Assembly: GCF_044704955.1 (NCBI RefSeq)
Contig: NC_091988.1
Location: 160,146,001 to 160,210,000 of the forward strand
Direction of reading: 5' to 3'
DNA from: Pristiophorus japonicus
Taxonomy: Eukaryota
DNA length: 64,000 nt
A program made the position numbers and the translations under genes. Each line of letters begins with the position of its first letter. Position 1 is the stretch's first letter. The notes beneath the pieces are model-generated. The model saw only the letters and a program-made list of their open reading frames with translations. It was not told the DNA's origin and ran no database searches. Positions 61,755 through 64,000 of the stretch are shown in pieces.

Positions 61755-64000
61755 GAAACATAGAAACATAGAAAATAGATGCAGGAGCAGGCCATTCAGC
61801 CCTTCTAGCCTGCACCGCCATTCAATGAGTTCATGGCTGAACATGAAACTTCAGTACCCCCTTCCTGCTTTCACGCCATACCCCTTGATCCCCTGAGTAG
61901 CAAGGACTTCATCTAACTCCCTTTTGAATATATTTAGTGAATTGGCCTCAACTACTTTCTGTGGTAGACAATTCCACAGGTTCACCACTCTCTGGGTGAA
62001 GAAGTTTCTCCTCATCTCGGTCCTAAATGGCTTACCCCTTATCCTTAGACTGTGACCCCTGGTTCTGGACTTCCCCAACATTGGGAACATTCTTCCTGCA
62101 TCCAACCTGTCCAAACCCGTCAGAATTTTAAACGTTTCTATGAGGTCCCCTCTCATTCTTCTGAACGCCAGTGAATACAAGCCCAGTTGATCCAGTCTTT
62201 CTTGATAGGTCAGTCCCACCATCCTGGGAATCAGTCTGGTGAATCTTCGCTGCACTCCCTCAATAGCAAGAATGTCCTTCCTCAAGTTAGGAGACTAAAA
62301 CTGTACACAATACTCCAGGTGTGGCCTCACCAAGGCCCTGTACAACTGTAGCAACACCTCCCTGCTCCTGCACTCAAATCCCCTCGCTATGAAGGCCAAC
62401 ATGCCATTTGCTTTCTTAACCGCCTGCTGTACCTGCATGCCAACATTCAATGACTGATGTACCATGACACCCAGGTCTCGTTGCACCTTCCCTTTTCCTA
62501 ATCTGTCACCATTCAGATAATAGTCTGTCTCTCTGTTTTTACCACCAAAGTGGATAACCTCACATTTATCCACATTATACTTCATCTGCCACGCATTTGT
62601 CCACTCACCTAACCTATCCAAGTCACTCTGCAGCCTCATAGCATCCTCCTCGCAGCTCACACTGCCACCCAACTTAGTGTCATCCGCAAATTTGGAGATA
62701 CTACATTTAATCCCCTCGTCTAAATCATTAATGTACAATGTAAACAGCTGGGGCTCCAGCACAGAACCTTGCGGTACCCCACTAGTCACTGCCTGCCATT
62801 CTGAAAAGTACCCATTTACTCCTACTCTTTGCTTCCTGTCTGACAACCAGTTCTCAATCCACGTCAGCACACTACCCCCAATCCCATGTGCTTTAACTTT
62901 GCACATTAATCTCCTGTGTGGGACCTTGTCGAAATCCTTCTGAAAGTCCAAATATACCACATCAACTGGTTCTCCTTTGTCCACTTTACTGGAAACATCC
63001 TCAAAAAATTCCAGAAGATTTGTCAAGCATGATCTCCCTTTCACAAATCCATGCTGACTTGGACCTATCATGTCACCATTTTCCAAATGCGCTGCTATGA
63101 CATCCTTAATAATTGATTCCATCATTTTACCCACTACTGAGGTCAGGCTGACCGGTCTATAATTCCCTGCTTTCTCTCTCCCTCCTTTTTTAAAAAGTGA
63201 GGTTACATTGGCTACCCTCCACTCAATAGGAACTGATCCAGAGTCAATGGAATGTTGGAAAATGACTGTCAATGCATCTGCTATTTCCAAGGCCACCTCC
63301 TTAAGTACTCTGGGATGCAGTCCATCAGGCCCTGGGGATTTATCGGCCTTCAATCCCATCAATTTCCCCAACACAATTTCCGGACTAATAAAGATTTCCC
63401 TCAGTTCCTCCTCCTTACTAGACCCTCTGACCCCTTTTATATCCGGAAGGTTGTTTGTGTCCTCCTTAGTGAATACTGAACCAAAGTACTTGTTCAATTG
63501 GTCTGCCATTTCTTTGTTCCCTGTTGTGACTTCGCCTGATTCTGACTGCAGGGGACCTACGTTTGTCTTTACTAACCTTTTTCTCTTTACATACCTATAG
63601 AAACTTTTGCAATCCGCCTTAATGTTCCCTGCAAGCTTCTTCTCGTACTCCATTTTCCCTGCCCTAATCAAACCCTTTGTCCTCCTCTGCTGAGTTCTAA
63701 ATTTCTCCCATTCCCCAGGTTCGCTGCTATTTCTGGCCAATTTGTATGCCACTTCCTTGGCTTTAATACTATCCCTGATTTCCCTAGATAGCCACGGTTG
63801 AGCCACCTTCCCTTTTTTATTTTTACGCCAGACAGGAATGTACAATTGTTGTAATTCATCCATGCGGTCTCTAAATGTCTGCCATTGCCCATCCACAGTC
63901 AACCCCTTAAGTATCATTCGCCAATCTATCCTAGCCAATTCACGCCTCATACCTTCAAAGTTACCCTTCTTTAAGTTCTGGACCATGGTCTCTGAATTAA
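61755..64000 (-). mobile_element. Young CR1 LINE, ORF2 nearly intact (563-aa ORF, one stop, then 144 aa); continues beyond the window
   Basis: [45 protein letters not shown]; tail (TTTCTATG)n. Confidence 0.96.

Noticed and set aside
1-64000. CRISPR arrays, operons or other prokaryotic systems
   Set aside because: The sequence is eukaryotic with spliceosomal introns, and there are no regularly spaced repeat-spacer arrays.

Overview
Vertebrate genomic DNA, most likely a cartilaginous fish (shark-type CR1/HER1-like LINEs and a SacSINE1/DeuSINE-like SINE). The one host gene I can support is CDK5RAP1, the mitochondrial tRNA ms2i6A37 methylthiotransferase of the MiaB family. It lies on the + strand as 13 coding exons from 24073 to 60234 with GT-AG introns and consistent phases, giving about 597 aa, and has a CpG-island promoter built from four degenerate YY1/NRF1-like tandem units. 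The rest is dense transposon debris: CR1, L2, RTE and a further LINE clade, SINEs, two PIF/Harbinger transposons (Myb/SANT gene plus DDE nuclease), and Harbinger, Tc1/mariner and hAT MITEs, often nested. The most unusual region is CDK5RAP1 intron 11. Two intronless, antisense, out-of-order KIF15 cDNA fragments there abut or flank a heavily deleted retrovirus-like element (gag-pol junction, RT start, env TM, PPT, LTR stub), and a same-family solo LTR lies 6 kb downstream. This looks like cellular-gene capture associated with a retroelement. All family assignments come from my recognition of sequence motifs; no searches were run.
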